A stretch of DNA of 64,000 nt, from the NCBI GenBank assembly GCA_046726275.1, contig JBKPAF010000040.1, positions 174 through 64,173 of the forward strand. Reading direction: 5' to 3'. Both the position numbers and the translations under genes were made by a program. Origin of the DNA: Actinomycetota bacterium (GTDB lineage: Bacteria; Actinomycetota; UBA4738). Shown piece after piece: positions 8,733-18,262 of this stretch (position 1 is its first letter; every line of letters starts with the position of its first letter). The notes under the pieces were generated by a model. That model had not been told where the DNA came from and ran no database searches. It saw only the letters and a list, made by a program, of their open reading frames with translations.

Positions 8733-10682
8733 GTGCGGGCTCGGGCGCGGCTTCTGGTGCTCTTGGGGCTGGTCGGCTGCTCCGTCGTTACTGCGACGCA
8801 GGGAGGCAGTACAGCCTTCGCTCAGGCAGCCGACGAAAGGATCACGGCCTACCACATCTCCATCGACATCCAGCGAGAGGGTTGGATCGTCGTGACTGAG
8901 CGGATCGCCTACGACTTCGGCTCGAGCCAGCACCACGGCATCATCCGCAATATCCCGGCGCGATTTCGCTACGACGACCGGTCCGACCGCGTGTATCCGC
9001 TGCGGGTCCTCTCGGTCGTCGGCTCGCCGGGCACCCCCGACCAGTACGAGGTCATCAAGAGCGGGAGCGACGTCCAGATCAAGGTCGGTGATCCCGATCG
9101 CACGATCTCTGGCGAGCACAGCTACACGCTGACCTATCGCGTAGACGGAGCCCTCAACGGCTTCGCCGATCACGACGAGCTTTACTGGAATGCCGTCGGC
9201 ACGGAGTGGGGCGTGCCGATCGAAGACGTCGACGTGGAGGTGCGAGCCCCGACCTCGCTTCAGCGGATCGCGTGCTTCGCCGGCCCTCTAGGCTCGAACC
9301 GTCCGTGCGCGACGAGCGACCTGCAGGGGGACACCGCCACCTTCGCCCAGCCGGGACTCAATCCCTACGAGGCCATGACCGTCGTCGTCGGCTTCCCCGC
9401 CGGGGTGGTACCGACTCCGAGGCCCATCCTCGAGGAGCGGTGGAGCCTGGCCCGGGCCTTCTCGGCCACGCCCGTAGCCTTGGGTGTCGCGGGTGGGCTG
9501 CTGGCCCTCCTGCTGGCCGGGGTGGGCTACCTCCTGTGGGCCAACGGGCGAGACCGGCGCGCCATCGGGTCCCCCATCGACATCGCGTATGCCACCTCGC
9601 ACGAAGGCGAACAACCGGTCCCTCTCTTCGAGCAGGGCACGTACCCGGTCGAGTACGCCCCGCCCGATGACATCCGGCCCGGCCAGGTCGGGACCCTCAT
9701 CGACGAGGTGGCCAACCCCCTGGACGTCACCGCGACTATCGTCGACCTCGCCGTGCGTGGATATCTCCGCATCGAGGAGCTCCCCAAGCGTTGGTTCCTG
9801 GGCAAGCCCGACTGGCGGCTGGTCAAGTTGAAGGAAGCCGACCAGGGGCTGATCACGTACGAGCGGCTGCTGCTGGACGGCTTGTTCGAGGACGCCGACG
9901 AGGTGGGTGATGACCTGTTCATGGAGGAAGGGGACGAAGCCTCGACCGACGAGACCGAACTCGACGACAGCAGCGCGGCGCCGGCCCGGCCGGACCTTCC
10001 CGAGGCGACCGTGCCGAGCGAACCGGGGATCGCCGAGGTGAAGCTCTCCGCCCTGCGCAAGCGGTTCGGCCTGCGCCTGCGACGGATCCAGGACGCTCTT
10101 TACGCCGACGCCGTCAAGCGGCGCTGGTTCGCGGGGCGCCCCGACAGGATCCGCGCACGATGGCACACCATCGGCTTCGTCGTTCTCGCCGTGGGAGTCG
10201 GCCTGGTGTGGCTCGCCGCCGCGAGATCCCATCTCGGCCTCATCCCGATCCCTCTCGCGCTGGCCGGGCTGGTGCTCGTTTGGGCTGCCCGGTGGATGCC
10301 CAGGCGCACCCCGAAGGGCACGGGGTTGGTTCGCCGGGTCCTCGGATTCCGAACCTACATCGAGACGGCCGAAGCCCATGAGGCCCGGTTCCAGGAGCGG
10401 GAGAACATCTTCTCGACCTACCTTCCGTACGCCGTCGTCTTCGGCTGCACCGAGAAGTGGGCCCACGCCTTCGCCGGGATCGACGGACAGGTCCCCTCCA
10501 CGGCCGGGTGGTACGTGGGCGCCTATCCGTTCAACGTGGGGAGCTTCACGTCCTCGATCGACCACTTCTCCTCGGTCGCCGCGGGGACCATCACCTCGGC
10601 CGCCGCGACCGGCTCCAGCGGATTCGGGGGCGGGGGGTTCTCAGGCGGTGGCGGGGGTGGTGGTGGGGGCGGCTCGTGGTGA
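8733..10682 (+). CDS. DUF2207 domain-containing membrane protein
   Basis: ORF track (GTG). It has a signal-like N-terminus, central TM segments, and the characteristic Gly-rich C-terminus SSGFGGGGFSGGGGGGGGGGSW. Confidence 0.8.
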   Translation: MRARARLLVLLGLVGCSVVTATQGGSTAFAQAADERITAYHISIDIQREGWIVVTERIAYDFGSSQHHGIIRNIPARFRYDDRSDRVYPLRVLSVVGSPGTPDQYEVIKSGSDVQIKVGDPDRTISGEHSYTLTYRVDGALNGFADHDELYWNAVGTEWGVPIEDVDVEVRAPTSLQRIACFAGPLGSNRPCATSDLQGDTATFAQPGLNPYEAMTVVVGFPAGVVPTPRPILEERWSLARAFSATPVALGVAGGLLALLLAGVGYLLWANGRDRRAIGSPIDIAYATSHEGEQPVPLFEQGTYPVEYAPPDDIRPGQVGTLIDEVANPLDVTATIVDLAVRGYLRIEELPKRWFLGKPDWRLVKLKEADQGLITYERLLLDGLFEDADEVGDDLFMEEGDEASTDETELDDSSAAPARPDLPEATVPSEPGIAEVKLSALRKRFGLRLRRIQDALYADAVKRRWFAGRPDRIRARWHTIGFVVLAVGVGLVWLAAARSHLGLIPIPLALAGLVLVWAARWMPRRTPKGTGLVRRVLGFRTYIETAEAHEARFQERENIFSTYLPYAVVFGCTEKWAHAFAGIDGQVPSTAGWYVGAYPFNVGSFTSSIDHFSSVAAGTITSAAATGSSGFGGGGFSGGGGGGGGGGSW

Positions 10683-10683
10683 G

Positions 10684-11922
10684 CTACCGGGCTGGGGTGC
10701 GCCACAGCGAGGCCATCACCCGCATGATCGATCCTGCCAGGCGATCCAGGCCCGCGGCGGTCAGGTGGACGCCGTCGCTCGTCCGCACCAAATGCTGCTC
10801 GCCCGAGGAGCCCGGAAGGTAGGCGGAGTAGCCGCCGCCCGGCCCGGCGAAGAGATCCCACGAGTCGGAGTAGAGGACGCCGGGATGCTTGGCCGCCTCT
10901 ACCCGGAACAAGCCGTTGATCGTCCGCATGGACTGAGACCGCCACGTCGTCGCCATGGGCGGCATCCCGACCCAGATCAGGGGCCGCCCCGACGCCGAAA
11001 CCTCTGCCATGACCCGGCCGACCCGCTGGCGGTACAGCCTCTTCCACTCCGACGTCCCGAACCGGACGCCGTGACCCTTGGCCAGGAAGGCCTGGGCATC
11101 GTTGGCCCCGAAGGCGGCGACCACGACGTCGGGCTCGAAGTCATGGATGTCGACTGCTATCTGGTAGGTCCAGTCGAAGTAGTCGGGGCGAGCCAGGCCG
11201 GTTGACTGCCTGGCGTCGGTCTCCAGCACGAAGGACTTCCGACCCGATAGGGCCCGGCCGAGCCCGATGGCCAGATCCTCACCGATGGAGTCCCCCACGG
11301 CTAGAACGCGAAGGGGATTGGACCTGGTCGGTCGGTGGACGAGGGGTCCGGTGAAGGCGGGCGTCGAGGGTGAGGGTAGGGATTTCGCTGGAGGCCGGAC
11401 ACCGGCGTCAGGAGAGAGGGGCGGAGACGGGGCCGGGAGCGGGACCGAGGGGGGCAGAGGGCCCAACCGGTCGAGGCCCGTCGCCCTGAGCAGAGGAGGT
11501 GGGGGCTGCGGCCCGTGAGCCCTCCCGAGGGCCGCATCGATGCCCGACTCGATCCTGTCCAGCCCGAGCACCGCGCTCATCCGGGCGAGCGGCCGAAGCA
11601 CGACGAGGGCGGCGCTGCGCCGCATCCCCAGCGGCGAGCTCTCTGCGGACCGCAGCAGCGAAGGGGCTGCCAGGAGCCCCCAGAGCAGGAAGCACGTCAA
11701 GCCGATGACCAGCACCCGCCCGGCCGGGCCTACGTGCCGGCCCGGCCGGTCCGGGTGCGGTCTCCCCGCCAGCGACGGCTTCGGGTTCGCGGTTCTGCCG
11801 GTGTCGCGCGTTCCCGAGGTCGACGTTCTTCCTGGCCTGGGGACCTCAGGGCCGCGCCACGGAGGGAATGGCCGACCCTGGGGTTCGGGAGGGATTCGGG
11901 CGGGATGGGTCCGGATGGCCAT
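10684..11922 (-). CDS. SGNH/GDSL-like hydrolase (DUF459-type) with Pro-rich N-terminal region and one TM
   Basis: ATG 11922 lies 3 nt after the MBOAT stop. The C-terminal domain carries LAVGDSIGEDL ... AAFGANDAQ ... DGVHLT (SGNH blocks). Confidence 0.75.
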   Translation of the reverse strand: MAIRTHPARIPPEPQGRPFPPWRGPEVPRPGRTSTSGTRDTGRTANPKPSLAGRPHPDRPGRHVGPAGRVLVIGLTCFLLWGLLAAPSLLRSAESSPLGMRRSAALVVLRPLARMSAVLGLDRIESGIDAALGRAHGPQPPPPLLRATGLDRLGPLPPSVPLPAPSPPLSPDAGVRPPAKSLPSPSTPAFTGPLVHRPTRSNPLRVLAVGDSIGEDLAIGLGRALSGRKSFVLETDARQSTGLARPDYFDWTYQIAVDIHDFEPDVVVAAFGANDAQAFLAKGHGVRFGTSEWKRLYRQRVGRVMAEVSASGRPLIWVGMPPMATTWRSQSMRTINGLFRVEAAKHPGVLYSDSWDLFAGPGGGYSAYLPGSSGEQHLVRTSDGVHLTAAGLDRLAGSIMRVMASLWRTPAR

Positions 11923-11925
11923 GGG

Positions 11926-13350
11926 TCAGAACCTGAAATAGATGAAAGGAGCCACGCCCTGCGGCCCCAACGTCGTGATGGCGAACAGGGTCCCGGCCAG
12001 CACGATGCCCTGGGCGGCCGGGCGAAGCTCAGAGAAGCCGTCCTGGACCCTCGACGGCAGATTCTTCGGGATGTACTGAGCACCGATCCCGAGGGCGATC
12101 ACCGCGACGACCAGCGGGGTCACGGCGGGGGCAGGTCCGAAGGCCGTCACCAGACGGGTGAGCAGCTGGAAGGCCGTTCCGATCGAGTCTGATCGGAAGA
12201 ACACCCAGCCCAGACACACGAGATGGAACGTGGCCACCCGCTGGACGACGCGGTCAGTGGGCGCGTCGGGAAGCTCGGACAGGCCCCGGTTGACCCTGCA
12301 GGCACGCCGCCAGTGGCCGGCCACCTGACCGAAGCCGTGCAGGGCACCCCAGGCCACGAAGGTCCACCCGGCGCCGTGCCACAGGCCACCCAGGACCATG
12401 GTGATGAGGATGTTGCGGTAGGTCTGAGACCTGGATCCCTTCGACCCGCCCAGGGGGATGTACACGTAGTCCCTCAACCAGCGCGAGAGGGTCATGTGCC
12501 ACCGCCGCCAGAAATCCTGCAGCGATCGGGCGGTGTACGGAGCGTTGAAGTTCTCCGGGAAACGAAACCCCAGCAGCAGGGCGATCCCGATGGCGATGTC
12601 CGTGTACCCGCTGAAGTCGGCGTAGATCTGCACGGCGTAGCCGTAGATGGCGAACAGGATCTCCAGGGCAGAATGCTGGCCCGGGGCCCCGAACACCGGA
12701 TCGACGATGGCCGAGGCCAGGAAGCTCGAGATCACGACCTTCTTGAAGAGGCCGGCGAAGATCAAGTAGGCAGCTCGCGAGTAGTCGATCGTGCGGGGGT
12801 CACGGCGCCTACGGATCTGGGGAAGGAGCTCGTGGCCCCGCACGATCGGACCGGCCACCAGGTGGGGGAAGAACGACAGGTACACCGCGAAGTCGAGCCA
12901 TCCCGCGGGCTCGATCTGCTCTCGGTACACGTCGACCACGTGGCTGATGGCCATGAACGTGAAGAAGGAGATGCCCACGGGCAGGATGACCTGCATCAAT
13001 GGGATCGGTGCGCTCAGGCCGAGGGCGTGGAGCGTGTTGTCCAGGTTGAGGCTGAGGAACCCGTAGTACTTGAACCACACGAGCAAGCCCAGGAGGGACG
13101 AGATCGTCGCCCCCAGGATCCAGCGCTTCGCCCGAAGGCTTTCCGTCCGGTTGACGGCCGCGGCGCCGGCCTGCGCCGTGACTGTGGCGGCCCCCAACAG
13201 GAAGATGTAGTGCCAGTTCCACCAGCCATAGAACACGTAGCTGGCGACAACCATAAAGGTCTTCCATAGCTTTGGATGGGGATTGAGCAGCCAGTGCCCT
13301 AAGAAGACGATTCCGAAGAAGATGCCGAAATCGATGGTCGGAAACAGCAT
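11926..13350 (-). CDS. MBOAT family O-acyltransferase (AlgI/DltB-like)
   Basis: ORF track. A polytopic membrane protein with FWRRWHMTLSRWLRDYVYIPLGGS and the conserved His region (LWHGAGW). Confidence 0.9.
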   Translation of the reverse strand: MLFPTIDFGIFFGIVFLGHWLLNPHPKLWKTFMVVASYVFYGWWNWHYIFLLGAATVTAQAGAAAVNRTESLRAKRWILGATISSLLGLLVWFKYYGFLSLNLDNTLHALGLSAPIPLMQVILPVGISFFTFMAISHVVDVYREQIEPAGWLDFAVYLSFFPHLVAGPIVRGHELLPQIRRRRDPRTIDYSRAAYLIFAGLFKKVVISSFLASAIVDPVFGAPGQHSALEILFAIYGYAVQIYADFSGYTDIAIGIALLLGFRFPENFNAPYTARSLQDFWRRWHMTLSRWLRDYVYIPLGGSKGSRSQTYRNILITMVLGGLWHGAGWTFVAWGALHGFGQVAGHWRRACRVNRGLSELPDAPTDRVVQRVATFHLVCLGWVFFRSDSIGTAFQLLTRLVTAFGPAPAVTPLVVAVIALGIGAQYIPKNLPSRVQDGFSELRPAAQGIVLAGTLFAITTLGPQGVAPFIYFRF

Positions 13351-13588
13351 TTCCGAGCCCCTATCGTTGGCACAGCTTCCGGGCGATCCCTGCCGGTCAG
13401 GCGGGTGGGCCGCGCCTCATGCAGGGCCGGGCGAGGGCGAACCCTCCCCCCGACCAACGGGGAAGGGCCGCATCCTAGCGCGATTCGTTGATCGTGTATA
13501 GCCCGGACTTTTCGTTTTCCAACGTCCGCCTCGTAAGCTTTGTGTATAAGGGGCCGTGTTGCGAGCCGCCCTCTCGGCGGAGGTAGTG

Positions 13589-15004
13589 ATGGCTGATCAA
13601 GGAGCAGGGACGAGGTTGGAGTCCGACAGTATGGGCACGATCGAGGTGCCGTCCGACAAGTACTGGGGGGCGCAGACCCAGCGCTCGCTGCACCACTTCT
13701 CGATCGGGGGCCCCACCGAGCTGATGCCCACCGAGGTCGTTCGGGCGTTCGGCATCCTCAAGAAGGCCTGCGCCTTGGTCAACATGGACCTCGGCAAGCT
13801 CCCGCGCGAGAAGGGTGAGTTGATCGTGCGGGCGGCCGACGAGGTCATCGAAGGAAAGCTCGACGAGCACTTTCCCCTCTACGTCTGGCAGACGGGGTCG
13901 GGCACCCAGTCGAACATGAACGCCAACGAGGTCATCTCGAACCGCGCCATCGAGATGGCCGGCGGCGAACTCGGATCCAAGAGGCCCGTCCATCCGAACG
14001 ACGACGTGAACATGTCGCAGTCGTCGAACGACACGTTTCCCACCACCATGCACATCGCCGCCGCCCAGACGGTGGTGCAGACGCTCCTTCCCGCGGTCCG
14101 GAGCCTTCGCGACTCACTGGCGAAGAGGGCCGAGGAGTTCTCCGACATCGTGAAGATCGGCCGGACGCACCTCCAGGACGCCGTGCCGCTCACCCTGGGA
14201 CAGGAGTTCTCCGGGTACGTCGCCCAGCTCGACGCCGACCTCGAGCGGATCGAGCGAGCTCAGCCGGGCCTCTACGAGCTGGCCATCGGGGGGACCGCGG
14301 TGGGGACCGGGCTGAACTCTCCGAACGGCTTCGGCGAGAAGGTAGCCGCCACGATCGCCGAGCTGACCGGCCTTCCTTTCGTCTCGGCGCCGAACAAGTT
14401 CGCCGCGCTGGCGGCCCACGACGCCCTGGTCGATGCCCACGGAGCCCTCCGGACCCTCGCCGTCTCGCTGATGAAGGTCGCCAACGACCTCCGGTGGCTG
14501 GGTTCGGGACCCAGGTCGGGCCTGGGAGAACTGGAGCTGCCCGAGAACGAGCCAGGGTCGTCGATCATGCCGGGCAAGGTCAATCCGACCCAGTCGGAGG
14601 CCATGACCATGGTGTGCTGCCAGGTCTTCGGCAACGATGTGGCCATCACCGTGGCGGGCTCGCAGGGAAACTTCGAGCTGAACGTGTTCAAGCCCGTAAT
14701 GATCAGGAACTTCCTCCATTCCACCCGGATCCTCGCCGACGTGTGCCGCACGTTCCGCGAGTTCTGCGTGGAGGGCCTGAAGCCGAACCTGGAGCGGATC
14801 GCCGACCTGGTGAACAACTCGCTGATGTTGGTCACGGCCCTCTCGCCCAAGATCGGCTACGACAAGGCCGCCGAGATCGCCAAGAAGGCCCACCAGGAGG
14901 GCAAGACCCTCAAGGAGACCGTGCTCGAGCTGGGCTATCTCACCGAGGCCGAGTACGACGAGGCCGTCCGTCCGGAGAAGATGGTCGGTCCGGACCCGTC
15001 GTGA
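13589..15004 (+). CDS. fumC: class II fumarate hydratase
   Basis: ATG 13589 is preceded by GGAGG. The [16 protein letters not shown] signature is present and the similarity pattern to FumC runs the full length. Confidence 0.95.
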   Translation: MADQGAGTRLESDSMGTIEVPSDKYWGAQTQRSLHHFSIGGPTELMPTEVVRAFGILKKACALVNMDLGKLPREKGELIVRAADEVIEGKLDEHFPLYVWQTGSGTQSNMNANEVISNRAIEMAGGELGSKRPVHPNDDVNMSQSSNDTFPTTMHIAAAQTVVQTLLPAVRSLRDSLAKRAEEFSDIVKIGRTHLQDAVPLTLGQEFSGYVAQLDADLERIERAQPGLYELAIGGTAVGTGLNSPNGFGEKVAATIAELTGLPFVSAPNKFAALAAHDALVDAHGALRTLAVSLMKVANDLRWLGSGPRSGLGELELPENEPGSSIMPGKVNPTQSEAMTMVCCQVFGNDVAITVAGSQGNFELNVFKPVMIRNFLHSTRILADVCRTFREFCVEGLKPNLERIADLVNNSLMLVTALSPKIGYDKAAEIAKKAHQEGKTLKETVLELGYLTEAEYDEAVRPEKMVGPDPS

Positions 15005-15062
15005 GAGTGGCTGGTCGACTCGCAGCGGTTACAGCACACGGAAGGTCGGGAGCGGTGAGCTT

Positions 15063-16382
15063 CTACCCCGCTGGCACCGTGAACGCGTACAGATCGCCGT
15101 TTGCCCCCGTCACATACACCGATCGCTCCGTAACGGTGGGCGTGGAGATCCCCTGCCAGGTCCCCAGAACTCGGCTGGTCCATATGGGCCGACACGCCTC
15201 GCGGGCTCGACATGAAGCAGGAAAGGCCAGGAGACGGTCCGTCGCAACGAAGACCAACTCGCCGCCGACCGCTGGAGCGGGAAGGAAGGACGCCTTCGAC
15301 CCGGGGACCTCCGCAGTCCACAGTGGCTGGCAGGCCGCGCCACCCGAGCCGCAGGAAGCCGAGAAGGCGTAGAGCCGATCCGCACCCACGTAGACGATTG
15401 CGCCCGACCCGGCCACGGTCGGCGCGGTATATCCGAACGGAGGCCTCCAAGTCCAATCGGGCTCACACACCGAGCCCCTCGTTCCGCACGAAACGGGGAA
15501 GGCGTACAGGTCCCCGGCGCCGTGGTGTACGAATACCCGACCATCGGCCACAACCGGCGACGACAACGCTCCTCCATGTGGGCTCGTCCACAGGGGCTCA
15601 CAGGCCAAGGCGGTTGTGCCGCAAGACGCGGGGTAGGCGCGAAGCCCCTCGAGCTCGTTGGATAGGACGAGCCCCTCATGGATCACGGGAGGCGAGAAAC
15701 CGCCAGGGCCGGCGCCGTGCCACCTCGGGCGACACGTCCCACCTCGGGCCACGCACGAGACGGCGAAGGCGTATGGGCCGGACCTGCTGTTCACGTAGAT
15801 CAGGCCGCCAGACACGACAGGGGCGGAGAAGCCGTTGATATCGCCCGGTAACGGATCGACCCGGCCGATTGGCTGGCAGGCCGATCCATCGGTGGCGCAT
15901 TTCGCGGGGAAGGCGAAGAGAGCCCCGCCACTCACGTACACCATCCCATCCGACACCGCAGGTGAGGAGAGAGCCCTCTCGTACCCAGTGACCCCGACCC
16001 AGAGCGGGCGGCACGGTCGGCTGGCCGGCGCGCAGGATGCCGGGAAGGCGTACAGGCGGTTCGAGGACACATACACGACCCCGCCCTCGACTACCGGCGC
16101 CGATCGGTTCACCGGTCCCTTTATGGAGGCGCTCCACCCCAGCTCGAGGCCAGAGATGTTCATCGGGTTGATCGGAGCGTCCGGACGAGAGTCCATCCGG
16201 GCCCGCAGAGCGATCAGAGCTCCCGAGGTTCCGGCCGCAGCGACAGTCAGAGCCAGGAGGGCCGATGCGATCTGCCGATTCCTCTGTCGCCGGGCGCGCA
16301 GACGAGCGAGCCGCTCGAACCCTCCTCGATCGGGTCGCAGCTCACTGCGGCGATCCTCCAGCATGCTTCGGACGTCACTCAT
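15063..16382 (-). CDS. membrane-anchored PQQ-like beta-propeller repeat protein (possible ECF sigma partner)
   Basis: A short cytoplasmic N-terminus and one TM (IASALLALTVAAAGTSGALIAL) are followed by eight repeats of the type SxPvV.dG.vYV....LYAFpaSC. The start overlaps the sigma gene stop by 8 nt. Confidence 0.8.
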   Translation of the reverse strand: MSDVRSMLEDRRSELRPDRGGFERLARLRARRQRNRQIASALLALTVAAAGTSGALIALRARMDSRPDAPINPMNISGLELGWSASIKGPVNRSAPVVEGGVVYVSSNRLYAFPASCAPASRPCRPLWVGVTGYERALSSPAVSDGMVYVSGGALFAFPAKCATDGSACQPIGRVDPLPGDINGFSAPVVSGGLIYVNSRSGPYAFAVSCVARGGTCRPRWHGAGPGGFSPPVIHEGLVLSNELEGLRAYPASCGTTALACEPLWTSPHGGALSSPVVADGRVFVHHGAGDLYAFPVSCGTRGSVCEPDWTWRPPFGYTAPTVAGSGAIVYVGADRLYAFSASCGSGGAACQPLWTAEVPGSKASFLPAPAVGGELVFVATDRLLAFPASCRAREACRPIWTSRVLGTWQGISTPTVTERSVYVTGANGDLYAFTVPAG

Positions 16383-16956
16383 CGATCTCTCCGATCGCCT
16401 TTCTCAGCGCATGACGTCCTTGAGACGCGAGCTTCCGGACAGTGGCCGGCGTGACGTGCAGAACCTCGGCCGCCTCGTTCGTGGTGTAGTCCAGCAACTC
16501 CGTCAGCACGACCGCTGCCCTCTGTCGCCTGGTGATCGAGGCAAGCCCACGATCCACGGTGTGGCGGGCCAGGCTCACCTCGTCCTGGTCGGAGCCCGAG
16601 AGCTTTCTCATGAAACGCTTGGCCGCCACCTTGGCACGCCTCCGACGCATGCGGAAGGCATTGAGGGCCGTTCGGTAAAGGTAACCGGTCGGGTTCTCGA
16701 GCGATCGGACGTGATCCCATCGCTCCCACAACTTCAGGAAGGCTTCTTGTGTGAGTTCCTCCGCCTCGTTCCTGTCTCCCGTCATCAGACACATGGCCCC
16801 GAACAGACGCGACTGCTCCGTTTCATAGAACTCCCTGAAGTCCAGCACCGTGACGTCGGACCGGCTCGCCTCCTCGCCGAGGTCCGGTCTGGAGCTCGGC
16901 GCCTTGCCCTCGGTTCGGGTCGGACCCTGTAGTGGACTGGCAATCACCCTTGTCAT
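16375..16956 (-). CDS. ECF-type RNA polymerase sigma-70 family factor
   Basis: ORF 16375..17043 trimmed to ATG 16956. Region 2 (AEELTQEAFLKLWERW) and region 4 (ITRRQRAAVVLTELLDYTTNEAAEVLHVTPATVRKLASQGR) are present. Confidence 0.85.
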   Translation of the reverse strand: MTRVIASPLQGPTRTEGKAPSSRPDLGEEASRSDVTVLDFREFYETEQSRLFGAMCLMTGDRNEAEELTQEAFLKLWERWDHVRSLENPTGYLYRTALNAFRMRRRRAKVAAKRFMRKLSGSDQDEVSLARHTVDRGLASITRRQRAAVVLTELLDYTTNEAAEVLHVTPATVRKLASQGRHALRKAIGEIDE

Positions 16957-17610
16957 GAATGCTCGAAGTTTCCACTTCGTGAATGCCAGCCACCAAACTT
17001 TTCCATTTCCGGCCCGTGGTTGCGTTTGGGCTGTGCCGAGCATTCATGCCGCATGAGCCATGTCCCGGCGGGAAATGCTGACCCAGGCCGTAACTCCGCC
17101 GTACTCCCCCACGAGCTGGAGTCGATCGAGACGCCGTCGGGCCTGGGGAGACTGGTCCGCAGTGGGGGTCGCGTCGTGGGTGTCATCGTGCCTCTGTGGC
17201 TCGGGTTGGCCGTCGCGGCCGGCGTCCTCGTCCCGGGTGGAGGGTCTGGCGGGCTCCACCACCCTCGCGGGGCAGTACCTCTCAAGAGTGAGCGGTTCAC
17301 CCAACTTCCTCCAGTCGCCATGAACCGGGCCGCCCAGATCCATCCGAATGGAACTGTTGACCTTTCCTGCATCGATGGAGCCTGGCGATGGATCACCGGG
17401 CTGGATGCTGGTCTCCTCCGTCCACAAGACGTGGCTCGGCGTGGAATCCACGCGCCCGCCAGGAAGCGGATCGTCATGATGGTCTGGACGGAACTGACCA
17501 CCCAGACGTTCTGGCACGGCCATCTCGGTGCTCTGAGACTGGCCAAGCAGCAGGTCCACGCTTTGTGCGCGCGAGCACGTCCCACTTCACCCGTAACCCA
17601 GAGCTGACCG

Positions 17611-18210
17611 TCAGGCCCCGAGGGAGAAGAACCCGATCCTGCGGTAGCGGCCGCCCGAGCGGAACAGGACCTTGCCCAGGTAGCGGCCGGGAGCGATCTG
17701 AACCAGCTCGTCGAGGATGTGGCGGATGAGCATCGGGTTAGCTTCGAAGTCGTAGTCGATCTTGAGCACGCTCACGTCGGCGTCGATCTTTCCCCGGCCA
17801 ACGCAGGTTCGAAAGGGGAAGGCCTCGAGGCGGTCCCCTCGCGCGACTTCGGGTCGGTGTCGTGGGAACAGCGTCCACAACCACACCCTCGTGGCCGTGG
17901 TCGGCGTGAACCGGTTCAGCCCGGTTCCCGTGGTCGGGCTGAAGGTCTTCCCCAGCCACGGCATCCAAAGCTGAGCGATCCTCATGACCACCGCATCCCA
18001 CGGGCCCCACGTGGAGGTCGCCAGCAGGCGGCCCGTCTGGAATCCGGACGGCGTCGGGTCCGGCTCGACCCCCGATGAGAACAGCGCATCCATGCGCCGG
18101 ATGACCTCCGCCCGGTTCCGCCCGGGGATCAGTCGGTCGGCCAGCCCGTCGAGCTCGTCCGATCGATCCCGGGTGTCCCCGACGTGATCCTCGGCCCCTT
18201 GTTGCGCCAT
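17611..18210 (-). CDS. conserved hypothetical protein (tentatively GXWXG/DUF4334-like layout)
   Basis: ORF 17611..18450 trimmed to ATG 18210. The composition is coding-like, and the segments WLGKTF and VLKIDYDFEANPMLIRHILDELVQIAPGRYLGKVLFR look like a conserved domain. No family could be assigned confidently. Confidence 0.55.
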   Translation of the reverse strand: MAQQGAEDHVGDTRDRSDELDGLADRLIPGRNRAEVIRRMDALFSSGVEPDPTPSGFQTGRLLATSTWGPWDAVVMRIAQLWMPWLGKTFSPTTGTGLNRFTPTTATRVWLWTLFPRHRPEVARGDRLEAFPFRTCVGRGKIDADVSVLKIDYDFEANPMLIRHILDELVQIAPGRYLGKVLFRSGGRYRRIGFFSLGA

Positions 18211-18262
18211 GCCCCACCCCCCGCGGATGCTAATCGGTCGCGGTAGCCCGGAGGTACTCCAA

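Noticed and set aside
10621-10680. G-rich tract (several GGGGG runs), considered as a simple repeat or G-quadruplex element
   Set aside because: It is in frame and encodes the Gly-rich C-terminus characteristic of DUF2207 proteins. No independent element needs to be invoked.
11267-11900. Pro/Gly/Arg-rich low-complexity stretch with several overlapping ORFs
   Set aside because: It is best explained as the disordered N-terminal linker of the SGNH/DUF459 protein. It has no internal nucleotide repeat periodicity.
16957-17043. 29-codon N-terminal extension of the ECF sigma factor (start at 17043)
   Set aside because: The stretch is locally AT-richer and Trp/Lys-rich, and it looks like promoter/UTR DNA. 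ATG 16956 gives a normal sigma-70 region-2 spacing.
18209-18262. NUDIX start at ATG 18209, which forms CATG with the divergent gene start at 18210
   Set aside because: It would leave no promoter space for either gene. ATG 18263, with GGAGG 8 nt upstream, is more plausible.
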